Source: an uncultured bacterium (GTDB taxonomy: Bacteria > Babelota > Babeliae > Babelales > RVW-14). From it: DNA of 64,000 nucleotides. The position numbers and the translations under genes are program-made. Shown here one piece after another: positions 1-9,961 of this stretch; position 1 is the stretch's first letter; every line of letters starts with the position of its first letter. Under the pieces are notes generated by a model, which ran no database searches, was not told where the DNA came from, and saw only the letters and a program-made list of their open reading frames with translations. The stretch spans positions 1-64,000 of the forward strand of contig CAVXAT010000005.1 in the NCBI GenBank assembly GCA_963759805.1, read 5' to 3'.

Positions 1-11
1 GTCTTTTAAAG

Positions 12-1190
12 CTATTTGGACGTAACAATATCTGCCGCATTTTGCCAGCTTACAACATTTCCAGAAGATCTTGATTGCTCCTGGGTTCCACCATAAACCA
101 CATATCCATTTTCTGGATTAATCTGCGCGATGTCACACCAATATCCAAGACCATCAAAAAAACGCTGATTAATTGTTCTTCCTGACTTAATTTCGATAGG
201 AATAAGTCTAGTTCCATAATCCAATAAACAGTCAACTTCCCTGCCATGACTATCGCGCCAAAAATAAATACTAGGCTCTTTGCCGTTATTATAAAATGCT
301 TTATAAAATTCTGAAATTATAAGTGATTCAAATAATCCTCCACGAAGGTAGTGTTCACTTAGCTGCTCAATCGATCCTATTTTTAACAACCAACATGCAA
401 GTCCAGTATCATAAAAATAAAGCTTGGGGGATTTAATCAAGCGCTTGTTGAAATTTTGGGAATGAGGTTGAATCAAATAGATAATATAGCTTGCCTCAAG
501 TATAGAAAGCCATGACTTAGCGGTTGACACGCTAATGCTGCAACTATCAGCCAATGAAGAAATATTCAAGATCTGACCGATTCTTCCTGCACACAGACCC
601 ATAAATTTTTGAAAATCACTCAAGTTGGAAACATTAGTCAATTGCCTAACATCACGTTCAACATAGGTTTTGGTATAATTTGGGTAAAATTCAGCAGGAA
701 GAATGTTTCTAGAAAAGATATCCGGATATCCCCCTTTAAATATTGATACATCAGAATCATCAGTAAGTAGCGTTGCATCTTTCAACTCTTTAATCGATAA
801 TGGTAACAACGTGAGAAGTGCAACTCGTCCGGCCAAAGACTGAGATATAGCTTGATTCATTAAAAAATTATGCGATCCGGTGATGATGAAATACCCTGGC
901 CTTCGATTACGATCAACAATCCCCTGAATGTAAGATAATATTTTAGGTTCATTTTGAAATTCATCCAAAATAATACCTGCAGTACCATAATCCTTTTCCA
1001 ATAATCCACGTGGATCATTTTTAACAAATTCCAATGTGTCGGGATCTTCAAAAGAAAAATATTTATGATTTGGGAATGTTTCTTGAGTTAAAGTCGTTTT
1101 TCCTGATTGTCGTGGGCCAATTACCGCGACAACCGGAAATTTGGAAGCGTAATTAATTAATGAAGCTTTCAGTGTTCTTTTAATAAACAT
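12..1190 (-). CDS. AAA+ ATPase, COG1373 / DUF4143 family
   Basis: Walker A GPRQSGKT, Walker B ILDEFQ, SLAGR, KSPKLYFYDTG, C-terminal EVD..PIEIKS; start taken at MFIKR (1190). Confidence 0.9.
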   Translation of the reverse strand: MFIKRTLKASLINYASKFPVVAVIGPRQSGKTTLTQETFPNHKYFSFEDPDTLEFVKNDPRGLLEKDYGTAGIILDEFQNEPKILSYIQGIVDRNRRPGYFIITGSHNFLMNQAISQSLAGRVALLTLLPLSIKELKDATLLTDDSDVSIFKGGYPDIFSRNILPAEFYPNYTKTYVERDVRQLTNVSNLSDFQKFMGLCAGRIGQILNISSLADSCSISVSTAKSWLSILEASYIIYLIQPHSQNFNKRLIKSPKLYFYDTGLACWLLKIGSIEQLSEHYLRGGLFESLIISEFYKAFYNNGKEPSIYFWRDSHGREVDCLLDYGTRLIPIEIKSGRTINQRFFDGLGYWCDIAQINPENGYVVYGGTQEQSRSSGNVVSWQNAADIVTSK

Positions 1191-1218
1191 AGCAATCCTT
1201 TCGAGATTAAATGACATA

Positions 1219-1258
1219 TTTGTGTAAAAGCGTAACTCGACTTTCATAATTACACAAA
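1219..1258. promoter_or_regulatory. Inverted repeat, candidate operator upstream of the ATPase gene
   Basis: TTTGTGTAA-N22-TTACACAAA, about 30 bp upstream of the start codon. Confidence 0.45.
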
Positions 1259-1342
1259 CCAATCATTAAACACGATCAATTCATGCGTTTAGAAGCGGAC
1301 AATTTCAAAAATCTTTGATAAAATACCCAAATTTTGGATTTT

Positions 1343-2549
1343 TTATCCTATCGAATATGCCAAATTAAATATTGGCAGGTAGATCATCCAGATTAAAATA
1401 CCAATTATTAAACCTACTGTTATTAGAAGAATGGGCTGGAAAAGTGAAGTTAAAATGAGTACAAAGCGCTTGAGTTCCTCCTGAAAAGATTCCGTCGCCT
1501 TACCCAAAACATCTGCTAATGCTCCCGTCTGCTCTCCTACCGTTATCAGCGCAACAAGAGTTGCCTGTCGATAAAAACTGGGCAGCAATCCGATAGAATC
1601 AGACAACGTTCGTCCGCGTGTTATATTATCAATTGCAGCGTTCACGCCGCTTCTTAAATATTCATTACTCATCGAATCTCGAGCACAAATAACAGCATCT
1701 TTTAACGGAATTCCTGATTTTAGCAGAACGGTTAACGCCTGCAGGAAATGTGTAAAATTTGAAAGCTCAACCAAATTTTTAACATACGGCAGTGAAATTA
1801 AAATTAAATCTTTGATGTGCCGCACACGTTTTTTGCCCAACAAAAACATAAGACCAAAAAAGCTCGTAACTGCTGTAATTAGCGCAATTCCCGCCCGCCA
1901 AGAACGCAAAAATTTACTAACCCCAATGATTCTTCTTGTCGAAGCTGGAATCTGCTTGCCAAGTGAAGAGAAAAACAGTTCGAACTGCGGCACAACAACT
2001 ATCAGAATCACTATAACAATCAATAAAGCAAAAAAAACAGTAACCATAGGCATAAGAGCGGCATTATACAGGTCCTTTTTCAACTGTTGATTTTTTTTAA
2101 GATGTAGCGAAATTTGTGCAAGAACAAATCCCAACTGTCCACTGCGCAGCCCAACTTCAACCATCTGATTTATAAAATCATTAAATATTTTATTATGCTT
2201 TGAAAGTGCAACCGATAAACTGTTCCCATTCTGCAAATCTATTCGAATACTCCCCAAAATATCTCGCAGCTTATTGTTCTGCTCCTGCTGTTCAATAGTT
2301 CTAATGGCACTTAATAAATCAACACCTCCATCAAGCAACATGGCCATCTGATCAAAAAAATTTATAAAATCATACTGAGATAATCGCCTGCTAATCTCCC
2401 ACCGTTTTTTATCCGCAATGCTACAATCTAGCAAGGCTACGCCATTATTCAAAAGTTGAGTTCTTAAGAGTTCTTGCGAATCTGAAAACAAATACCCCTT
2501 AACCTGATTTCCGGCTCGAATCTATTCCCTTCCATAAAAATTTTGGCAT
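1343..2549 (-). CDS. Type II secretion / type IV pilus platform protein (GspF/PilC family), one extra base near 2513-2518
   Basis: Two T2SSF-like halves (MVEVGLRSGQL, LITVGEQTGAL); N-terminus MPKFLWKGIDS starts at ATG 2549 and joins AGNQVKGYLFSD after a 1-nt shift. Confidence 0.85.
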
Positions 2550-2564
2550 AAAAAAAGCCTCTTT

Positions 2565-3031
2565 TTATTTAATTTTTTTCTGAATGGATCTCTTCTGAAA
2601 CTCGCATCCTTCGACAGGCTCCAGCCGTCGCTCTTGGGGAGCTATGGCCGGCACGGCAGGACGAGCGCCATCGAGAAGGCGCGCTCGTGGTGAGCTTGTC
2701 GAACCATCACCGATAGGTGGCGCGCCGGGTTTCAGAAGTGGCCTAACAACTTCTTGCATAACACCTAATCCAAGTCTTATCAATATGCCCTGTAGATCCA
2801 AATTTTGTGTATCAATTTTTATCATTTTATTTCTAGATGTCGCCCCACGCAGGATCTTAAAACAATCTGACGATATTCCAATAGTTTTACTCAGCAGCTT
2901 TATCAATTCCTCATTTGCCTTGCCACCTTCAGGCTTACTTCTCAAACGGCATTTGATAAGGCCGGACTTATCTTGCTCAAAGCCCTGCTGCTTGGATTTG
3001 GTATCACTTTTAACTCAATAACAACAGCCAT
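2565..3031 (-). CDS. DUF167 / YggU-family protein, one base missing near 2997, with repeat-encoded C-terminal extension
   Basis: MAVVIELKVIP (ATG 3031) then LRSKPEGGKANEELIKLLSK..GATSRNK after a 1-nt shift. Confidence 0.8.
2601..2705. repeat. Composite palindromic element: two inverted type-A units, the first interrupted by a 36-bp type-B unit (2621-2656)
   Basis: TCCTTCGACAGGCT[36 bp]CAGGACGAGCG closely matches the reverse complement of the intact copy at 3194-3220; second unit GCGCTCGTGGTGAGCTTGTCGAACC at 2681-2705. Confidence 0.8.
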
Positions 3032-3193
3032 TTATTCAGCCTTTCGAGCTAATTTTTTGTTGCTTTTTTGAAATTTCGATATAAAAACGAGACATTTTCG
3101 ATAGTATATCTTATAATATTTTAAAATTGAGCGAATCAAGTACTTTGAAATTTAATAGAATTTGCGCGAATAGCTCTTCCGTCTTAGTCAAGA

Positions 3194-3220
3194 CCCGCTC
3201 ATCCTGAGCTTGTCGAAGGA
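3194..3220. repeat. REP-like type-A palindrome, intact copy
   Basis: CCCGCTCATCCTGAGCTTGTCGAAGGA; GC-rich in an AT-rich background; related copies at 2607, 2681 and 55179. Confidence 0.75.
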
Positions 3221-3253
3221 CGACGAGATTGAGCAGGTGATGTTAAGAATTAG

Positions 3254-3327
3254 GCGCCCATAGCTCAATTGGATAGAGCGTCAGACTACGGATCTGAAGG
3301 TTAGAGGTTCGACTCCTCTTGGGCGCA
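3254..3327 (+). tRNA. tRNA-Arg(ACG)
   Basis: GCGCCCA/TGGGCGC acceptor stem, anticodon arm TCAGA-CTACGGA-TCTGA, GGTTCGACTCC; no encoded CCA. Confidence 0.97.
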
Positions 3328-3365
3328 CTTAATTTAAGTAACGCTTGAAATTATACATATTGCTT

Positions 3366-3457
3366 GGAGAGATGGCTGAGTGGCTGAAAGCACTTGCCTG
3401 CTAAGCAAGTATCTGGAGAAATCCGGGTCGAGGGTTCGAATCCCTCTCTCTCCACCA
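3366..3457 (+). tRNA. tRNA-Ser(GCT)
   Basis: Anticodon arm CTTGC-CTGCTAA-GCAAG, long variable arm, GGTTCGAATCC, ends TCTCC-A-CCA. Confidence 0.97.
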
Positions 3458-3553
3458 TACTACGCTTTCGCCCTTTGGGCTCCTAGCTACGTATGGCAGG
3501 CCATGCCGTCAGTCTTACGCTATGGCCGACGTAGCGTGAGACGGACTGGGGCC
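3455..3553 (+). repeat. Type-B palindrome starting in the tRNA CCA, followed by a second hairpin
   Basis: CCATAC-TAC-GCT..AGC-TAC-GTATGG-CAGGCCA; then GTCTTACGCTATG-GCCGA-CGTAGCGTGAGAC. Confidence 0.7.
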
Positions 3554-3608
3554 AGTTTTCTTAGTTCTTTAAAATTACTTCTTTAAAATTTTCTAACTCT
3601 GATTTTCT

Positions 3609-3700
3609 GGAGAGGTGGCAGAGTGGTTGAATGCGACGGTCTTGAAAACCGTTATTCCGGGAAACCGGAATCGTGGGTTCGAATCCCACCCTCTCCACCA
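3609..3700 (+). tRNA. tRNA-Ser(TGA)
   Basis: Anticodon arm ACGGT-CTTGAAA-ACCGT, long variable arm, ends TCTCC-A-CCA. Confidence 0.97.
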
Positions 3701-3743
3701 TCCGTCGCCCTCGCATTCGCTCGTGGCTATGGATGGCAGGCCA
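3698..3743 (+). repeat. Type-B palindrome starting in the tRNA CCA
   Basis: CCATCC-GTC-GCC..GGC-TAT-GGATGG-CAGGCCA. Confidence 0.7.
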
Positions 3744-3781
3744 GTTCTTTTAATATTTCAACCTATTAATCTTTAAAATAT

Positions 3782-4008
3782 ATGTTTTACGTTTACATTC
3801 TTAGATCAATCAATTTTCCTGAAAAAATATATGTTGGTTACACAATCGATATTAAAAATAGGATTGATGTGCATAATAATGGCGGATCTATCTACACAGC
3901 AAAATATAAACCGTGGACTCTGAGCGGATATGTTGCTTTTCTTGAAAAATCTAAAGCATTGCGTTCGAAAAATATTTAAAATCTGGTTTAGCTGGAAAAG
4001 CTTTATAA
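3782..4008 (+). pseudogene. Small GIY-YIG nuclease (UPF0213-like), frameshifted near 3960
   Basis: FYVYIL..IYVGYT..RIDVHNNG..TAKYKPW; the conserved AFEKYLKSG continues in another frame. Confidence 0.85.
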
Positions 4009-4054
4009 TTTTATCAATGATTTTTATAAACATTTCTACTCGAAGATACAACAA

Positions 4055-4503
4055 ATGACTTTGCTAAACACTGGTGAAATTTTACAAGCGCAAATCAATA
4101 AGCAGAATGATTTCTTGAACAGCAATAACATATTAGCTCATCTAGAAAACATAAGAAGATTCTACAACTCAAGTTCATGCGAAAGTGTTGCACTTGTAGT
4201 ATGGCGTCCATCAGGTGGTGGCTTCTGTGCTTCATGTTACCTGGCCAATACATTATAATACAACTATCCCCCAAAATTCTTCCAATGAGCCAGGACCTGT
4301 TCATGATATATATTGGCGTTGTAATGCACGAAGTAACACACGGATTTTCCAGTCGCATGCAACATGAACAGAAGCTCTGCCTAACAGAGACCTTTATAAA
4401 TTGCTGTAAAAAACTTATTAACCTCCCAACTGTTCCATCTTATGGTTCATTCACATTCATCGAAGAGCGAAGTTCGGATTATCGCAGGCCATTTTTTCAC
4501 TGA
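4055..4503 (+). pseudogene. Fragmented hypothetical protein with HExxH motif
   Basis: Two overlapping ORFs; the second contains VVMHEVTHG. Confidence 0.35.
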
Positions 4504-6537
4504 CTTGAAACAATAAATACTCTGCTTTCAAATTTATCAAAATCAATCTGACTTAAAAGTTTGTGAATACTAGAAAATGTTTGTGATTTTAGAAATATCT
4601 GCCTGATCTCAATATTCTGAATTTTAGAAATCACAGGTTGCGCAGGCCCAAGTATTTGAATTTTTAAATCTTGAGAGTCGTTAAGTTGATTTAAAATGTC
4701 TGCAATGGCTGAAGAATCGCGATCAAGTTGAATATCAGAACTATTTTTGATCTCTATCTGAACTAGTCTGCCAAACGGTGGATAACAAATTTCTTTACGT
4801 AAAACGGCTTCGTCAGCGCAAAATTTAAGATAATCAATTTCATTAAGATAATTAAAAATCTTATGATCTTTCATCATCTGTATGATTACAGTGCTTGAAA
4901 ATTGCCCGCGTCCTGCCCGACCCGCCACTTGAATGAGTTGCTGAATTGAAGTTTCAGCCGCGTTATATATTGGCATATGTAGGTTCAAATCTGCCCATAA
5001 CACCCCAACAATCGTAACACGTGGAAAGTGGTAGCCCTTGGTTATAGTTTGCGTACCAATGAGAATATCAATTTTCCCATGCTCAAAATTTTCTACAGTT
5101 TGATGCCAGGTTCTTTTTTTGCTTGTGGTATCAAGATCTGCACGTGCAATAGTTGCAGTAGGAAAAAGTTCTTCAAATATTTTAACTGCTTGCTGAGTCC
5201 CCACTCCCTTTTTCAGAAAATTCTTTTGGTCAGATTTACAGTCAGGGCATACTGCCGGCAATGGCTTTTGAAAATCGCAGTAGTGACAACGTAATGTCTC
5301 CTGACCATAATGCACATGCAGCGTTAAACTCACAGAGCAGTGTGGACACTGGAAAACAAGCCCACAGTCTTTGCACTGCACAAAAAAACTGTATCCACGC
5401 CTGTTCAGATAAATAATTGCCTGCTCTTTACGACTTAAACAGTCTTTGATCGCATCTTCAAGCTCACGAGACACCCAAAAGTTACGCCGCCGCTGGTCTT
5501 TTTGTGATTTCAAAATTACTTTTTTAATCTGAGGAAAACTGCCTGCAAATCTTTTTGTTATATTGAAAAGTTTCCAACCTTTAGTTTGCACATTGTGCAA
5601 AGAGCTAAGCGATGGAGTAGCAGAGCCAAGAAGAATTGGGATTTTGTAGACACTGGCACGCCAGATTGCAATCTCTTTGCTATTCAAGCGTGGGTGTTTT
5701 TTTTCTAAAAAGCCATGCTCATGTTCTTCGTCAATAATTATCAGGCCCAAATTATTTACCGGTAACATGATCGGCATATGAACACCAATAATTAATGCCG
5801 GCTCATTTTTTAGCAACCCATTCCACATACTACGACGGTCTGCCGGCTTGCTGGCGGAATGAAAGCCAACTACCGTCATACCGGGAAGCTTTTTTCTGAA
5901 AAATACGTTCAAACTGTAAGCTTAATGATACTTCGGGAAGTAGTAACAAAACGCTTTTGTTATTTCGCAAACACTCTTCAATCAGCTTGCTATAAACTTC
6001 AGTTTTACCCGACCCGGTAACGCCATGGATTAATGTTGGCTTATAATCAGGATTTGCGATAAATGGGGTTAAGTAATCGACAATTGGTTGTTGTTCGAAG
6101 GTTAAAGTAGTTACTTGATTAGATTTAGATGCTGGATCAAGTCCAGCATGACAAAAATCAGGTGACGCGCCAGGGTAAAGAGACACATCCTGCCTGTCCG
6201 CCATAGCCTTGGCGACGGCGGACGCCTTTTTATCCGCAAAAAAGCCCCTAATCCGTTGGTAAAAATGCAAACTGGGAACAAAATAAAATTTTGAGATCTT
6301 CTCAATAAATTCTGCATATTTAACATCGTCAGGAAATTGCTGCAGCCCTAAAATGTCTCTTATCTGAAAATCAGAGTAAAAATTTGAATCAATACGAACG
6401 ACATAAGCCAAATGCTGTGAAGTCTTGAGCGGTACTTTAATAAGCGACCCAATCGCAATTTTAGAATGAAGTTGCTCAGGAATTTTATATGTTAACGGGC
6501 GTTGGAATCCATTTAAGAGAAGAACTGTTGCATACAT
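4497..6537 (-). CDS. priA: Primosomal protein N' (PriA), split by one extra A in the run at 5890-5895
   Basis: HGVTGSGKTEVY, IIDEEH, GSATPS, LNRRG, four CxxC, QVAGRAGR; QKK joins LPGMTV after removing one base. Confidence 0.95.
6127..6152 (-). repeat. Type-C GTCAT-type palindrome inside priA
   Basis: GTCATGCTGGACTTGATCCAGCATCT, translated as CHAGLDPAS. Confidence 0.75.
6193..6222 (-). repeat. Type-B palindrome (30 bp) in frame inside priA
   Basis: TCCGCCGTCGCCAAGGCTATGGCGGACAGG, translated as SAVAKAMADR. Confidence 0.8.
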
Positions 6538-6552
6538 AGTTATAAAAATTCG

Positions 6553-7188
6553 TTATAAAAATTCCCCGGAGGAGTGCGAGAGCAATGCGTTAGCATCGCA
6601 CTTGCTCACATGAATATTAATTTTACTAAACGGTAACGGAATCTGAAATTTATCCCAACTTTTTTTCAAAGTGAGATGCCAAGAAGATGAACAGTCCACA
6701 AAAAACAACGGCTTATTTGCTTTGATAGCCAAAAATGGAACGCCCTTCTTAAGCTCAAATGCAGGACCTCTTGAACCGTCACCAACAATGCAAAATGACT
6801 GACTATCTTTTAAAATTTTCAGCGCCTGTCTGGTGACCTGAATTGTATTTTTAAAAGCAGACCCATAAATTACGTCAAACCCAAATAACTTTACAACGCT
6901 GCCTGCCAACTTGCCATCGTTACTGCTACTAACAATACAGTGCTGAGCGGCTTTTACCTTCATAAGAAAATATGATGCGGCAATTATCTGCTGATGCCAA
7001 AAATAAAACAAGCCAATGTTTTCACTAAAATTTTTATTTAAATCAGGATCAGATGTAAATTTTAAGCGATATGTGGCAAAAAGTGTACGCATAAAACCGT
7101 ATAATAAGTATTTTGTTATAAAAAATAGCACAGAACTGCGCTTTATACTTAAAAACAACGGTTTAAAAAATTTACGTAGGGGCATCAC
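6553..7188 (-). CDS. Lysophospholipid acyltransferase family protein (DUF374)
   Basis: FWHQ, SSSNDG, YGS, DGSRGP, SWDKFQIPLPFS. Confidence 0.88.
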   Translation of the reverse strand: MMPLRKFFKPLFLSIKRSSVLFFITKYLLYGFMRTLFATYRLKFTSDPDLNKNFSENIGLFYFWHQQIIAASYFLMKVKAAQHCIVSSSNDGKLAGSVVKLFGFDVIYGSAFKNTIQVTRQALKILKDSQSFCIVGDGSRGPAFELKKGVPFLAIKANKPLFFVDCSSSWHLTLKKSWDKFQIPLPFSKINIHVSKCDANALLSHSSGEFL

Positions 7189-7272
7189 AAATCCTCGTGT
7201 AAACTGTAGAAATAGGAAGTAGTATAAGGATATTAAACTTTTAAATAAAAATTAAGCTGAATAGGTTTTTCC

Positions 7273-9936
7273 ATGGCAAAACTTAACAATTTTGAAGTCT
7301 TAAAACATGTATTACCAAACGGGCTTACAATTTTAGTTAAGCCCAATCATACCATACCTAGAGTAGAAACACACCTTTGGTATAATGTCGGATCAAAAGA
7401 TGAAACGCAGGGAGAACAGGGAATAACACATCTAATTGAACATATGTTATTCAAGGGTACCAAAAATCTTTCTGAGTCAGATATAAATTTAATTACTCAT
7501 AAACTATCCGGTAATGCAAATGCTTTCACATCGCATGACGCAACATGCTACACATTTCGATTCCCTAGCAATGTGTGGCAAGAATCGTTAGCACTTTTTG
7601 CAGAATGCATGCAAAACGCTACATTTGAGCCACAAACACTCGCCTCCGAGCTGAAAGCCGTTATCGAAGAATTTAGATTGTATCAAGATGATTATCAGGG
7701 AATCGTTATCGAGAAAATGATCGAAGCACTGTGGCCGCAGCACCCATATCGAACACCGGTTCTTGGACTTAAGCAAGATGTATGCAACATGGATCAAACC
7801 AAACTGCTTGAGTATTACAAAAAACACTATCACCCAGCTAACGCAACTCTTGTTATAGTTGGCGACGTACAGCCCGAACAAGCTTTCAAATTGGCAGAAA
7901 AATATTTAGGGGGAATTAAACAGGTCAATAAATCAGAAAAGCAACTTTACAAAAAACAGAATTTTTTATTCGAGCCGGACATAGAACGAAAAACCGTTGA
8001 ACTTTTCCGGGACATCCAAGTTCCTTGGTGTTGCTACTTTTTTGAAATCCCAGGACTACGGGATGAGCAAAATCACATTTTTGATGCAGCATCACTTCTG
8101 CTTGGCGGCGGGAAAAGCTCCAGATTACACAAAAGTCTGGTTGAACAAATGGACCTGGCAGTCGAGGTTGCATGCTCAATTTATGAATTTTTTGATCGCG
8201 GGCTTTTCTCCATCACTGTTTATCCAAAAGACATGTCCGTTATAACAGAGATAGAACAGATCATAAATTCTGAAATTCTAGAGCTACAAAAAAAATTGAT
8301 TGCAGATTGGGAGATGGAATCGGTAAAAAAACGTGCGCAAGTTGATTTTACCACACTACTTGAGGACTCTGAAAAACAGGCAGCTATGATCGGCAACCTT
8401 TATCTTGCAACAAATGATGAATCTGCATTTGAAAAATATTTGGAAAATATCCAAAACCTAAATAAGAAACAGGTTCAAAATTTCTTCGTAAAATATTTTA
8501 GTCCCGCAACACTGCATGCTGGATATCTGTACCCAATCCTTGAATTAGATAAATCAAAATTAAATAAATTTAAAGCTGAGGCAGATGAACAAGAGGCAAA
8601 GCTTTTGCAAAAATTTGTTCGCACCACACAACTTGAGACAGGCAAATGGATCAATAAAATAAGTGAACCCAAGCAGCAAAAATTCGGATACCCAAAGCCA
8701 AAGAGTTTTACATTGGAGAACGGCTTGGTTGTCACTTTTGACAATAATCCGACAATTCCTAGCATTAGCGCAATCTTAAATTTCAAAGCCAACAATCTTT
8801 ATGATGATCCGGAAGTCGAGGGCTGCTTTGTTTTCTTGGTAAGATTATTACTTGAACGAACAAGAAAATACAATGCAAAAGAGTTTGCACAGCTGCTTGA
8901 AACAAACGGTATTTACATTGGAAATCTTAACGATGTAATTACATTCAAATGCTTGAATCAAAATTTTGAGCAGTCGCTTGATCTTCTGTATCAAATTTTA
9001 ACTCAACCATCATTTGATGATCAGACAATTTCAAAAATAAAGGCTCAAACGATCAGCGAATTAAAAGAGTTCTGGGATACGCCTCTTGAGTTCATTGAGC
9101 AGATAACTCGCGAACACATTTATCAAAATCATCCATACAGCAAAAATCCGGCCGGAAGTTTGCAAAGTATACAGGCCCTCACGGCTTCTGATCTTAAAAA
9201 ATGCTTCAAAAAATATATTTCACCCGTTAACACAAATCTTATAATCGTTGGAGATTTGAGCAACATTGATTTAGAAAAAATTGTAACAAAATATCTTGGC
9301 GGATGGAGCGGACCGCAAGTCATGGACTTAAAATTTCCCGCAATCATTTTGCCCACAACCACTGAAAAGCATATCCATTCAGACCGCGACCAGACGGTAA
9401 TTACAATCGCAGCACCATCTATTCCCAGAATTTCACCTGAGTACAACCATCTTGCAATTTTGGACGTAATTTTAACAGGAGGCCCCGGATTCTCCTCCAA
9501 TTCAAGATTATTTGATTTAAGAGAAAAATATGGACTATTTTATGCGATTGGTGGCTCTCTTGTGTATGGAGCAAGGGAAGAACCGGGTCTCATGCTTATA
9601 AAAACTTTGGTAAGTCATGACAAGGTAGACAAGGCAAAAAAATTAATACTTGCATCTATTAATGATTTAGGGCAAAATGGAATTATTCAAGATGAATTTG
9701 AAATGGCCAAAAACATGATTCTGTCGAGTTTGGTTGAAAATTTTGAGAGTAATATGCGAACTGCCAGCGCGTTCCTTTTTTTAAAAAAATTTAAATTAGA
9801 TATAAATTTATTTGACAAGATGGGGGATACTTTCTCTATAATAAAGATAGAGGACGTAAATAAAGTTGCAAAAAAGTTTTGTCGTAGTTGTTTGTTTTCT
9901 TTTATTACGGTTGGTAGGGCTAAACCGAATCGCTAG
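7273..9936 (+). CDS. M16 family zinc protease (insulinase/PqqL-like)
   Basis: YNVGSKDE, HLIEHMLFKG (HxxEH), NAFT, second inactive half with LREKYGLFY. Confidence 0.92.
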   Translation: MAKLNNFEVLKHVLPNGLTILVKPNHTIPRVETHLWYNVGSKDETQGEQGITHLIEHMLFKGTKNLSESDINLITHKLSGNANAFTSHDATCYTFRFPSNVWQESLALFAECMQNATFEPQTLASELKAVIEEFRLYQDDYQGIVIEKMIEALWPQHPYRTPVLGLKQDVCNMDQTKLLEYYKKHYHPANATLVIVGDVQPEQAFKLAEKYLGGIKQVNKSEKQLYKKQNFLFEPDIERKTVELFRDIQVPWCCYFFEIPGLRDEQNHIFDAASLLLGGGKSSRLHKSLVEQMDLAVEVACSIYEFFDRGLFSITVYPKDMSVITEIEQIINSEILELQKKLIADWEMESVKKRAQVDFTTLLEDSEKQAAMIGNLYLATNDESAFEKYLENIQNLNKKQVQNFFVKYFSPATLHAGYLYPILELDKSKLNKFKAEADEQEAKLLQKFVRTTQLETGKWINKISEPKQQKFGYPKPKSFTLENGLVVTFDNNPTIPSISAILNFKANNLYDDPEVEGCFVFLVRLLLERTRKYNAKEFAQLLETNGIYIGNLNDVITFKCLNQNFEQSLDLLYQILTQPSFDDQTISKIKAQTISELKEFWDTPLEFIEQITREHIYQNHPYSKNPAGSLQSIQALTASDLKKCFKKYISPVNTNLIIVGDLSNIDLEKIVTKYLGGWSGPQVMDLKFPAIILPTTTEKHIHSDRDQTVITIAAPSIPRISPEYNHLAILDVILTGGPGFSSNSRLFDLREKYGLFYAIGGSLVYGAREEPGLMLIKTLVSHDKVDKAKKLILASINDLGQNGIIQDEFEMAKNMILSSLVENFESNMRTASAFLFLKKFKLDINLFDKMGDTFSIIKIEDVNKVAKKFCRSCLFSFITVGRAKPNR

Positions 9937-9961
9937 CCCTAAAGGAAGTAAGGAGAATAGC

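Noticed and set aside
3380..3586. ORFs over tRNA genes (also 16961-17155)
   Set aside because: Chance frames through tRNA and repeat sequence
5890..5895. Programmed frameshift in priA
   Set aside because: Restoring the frame needs a +1 shift, no stimulatory structure is evident, and neighbouring genes show similar indels, so assembly error is more likely
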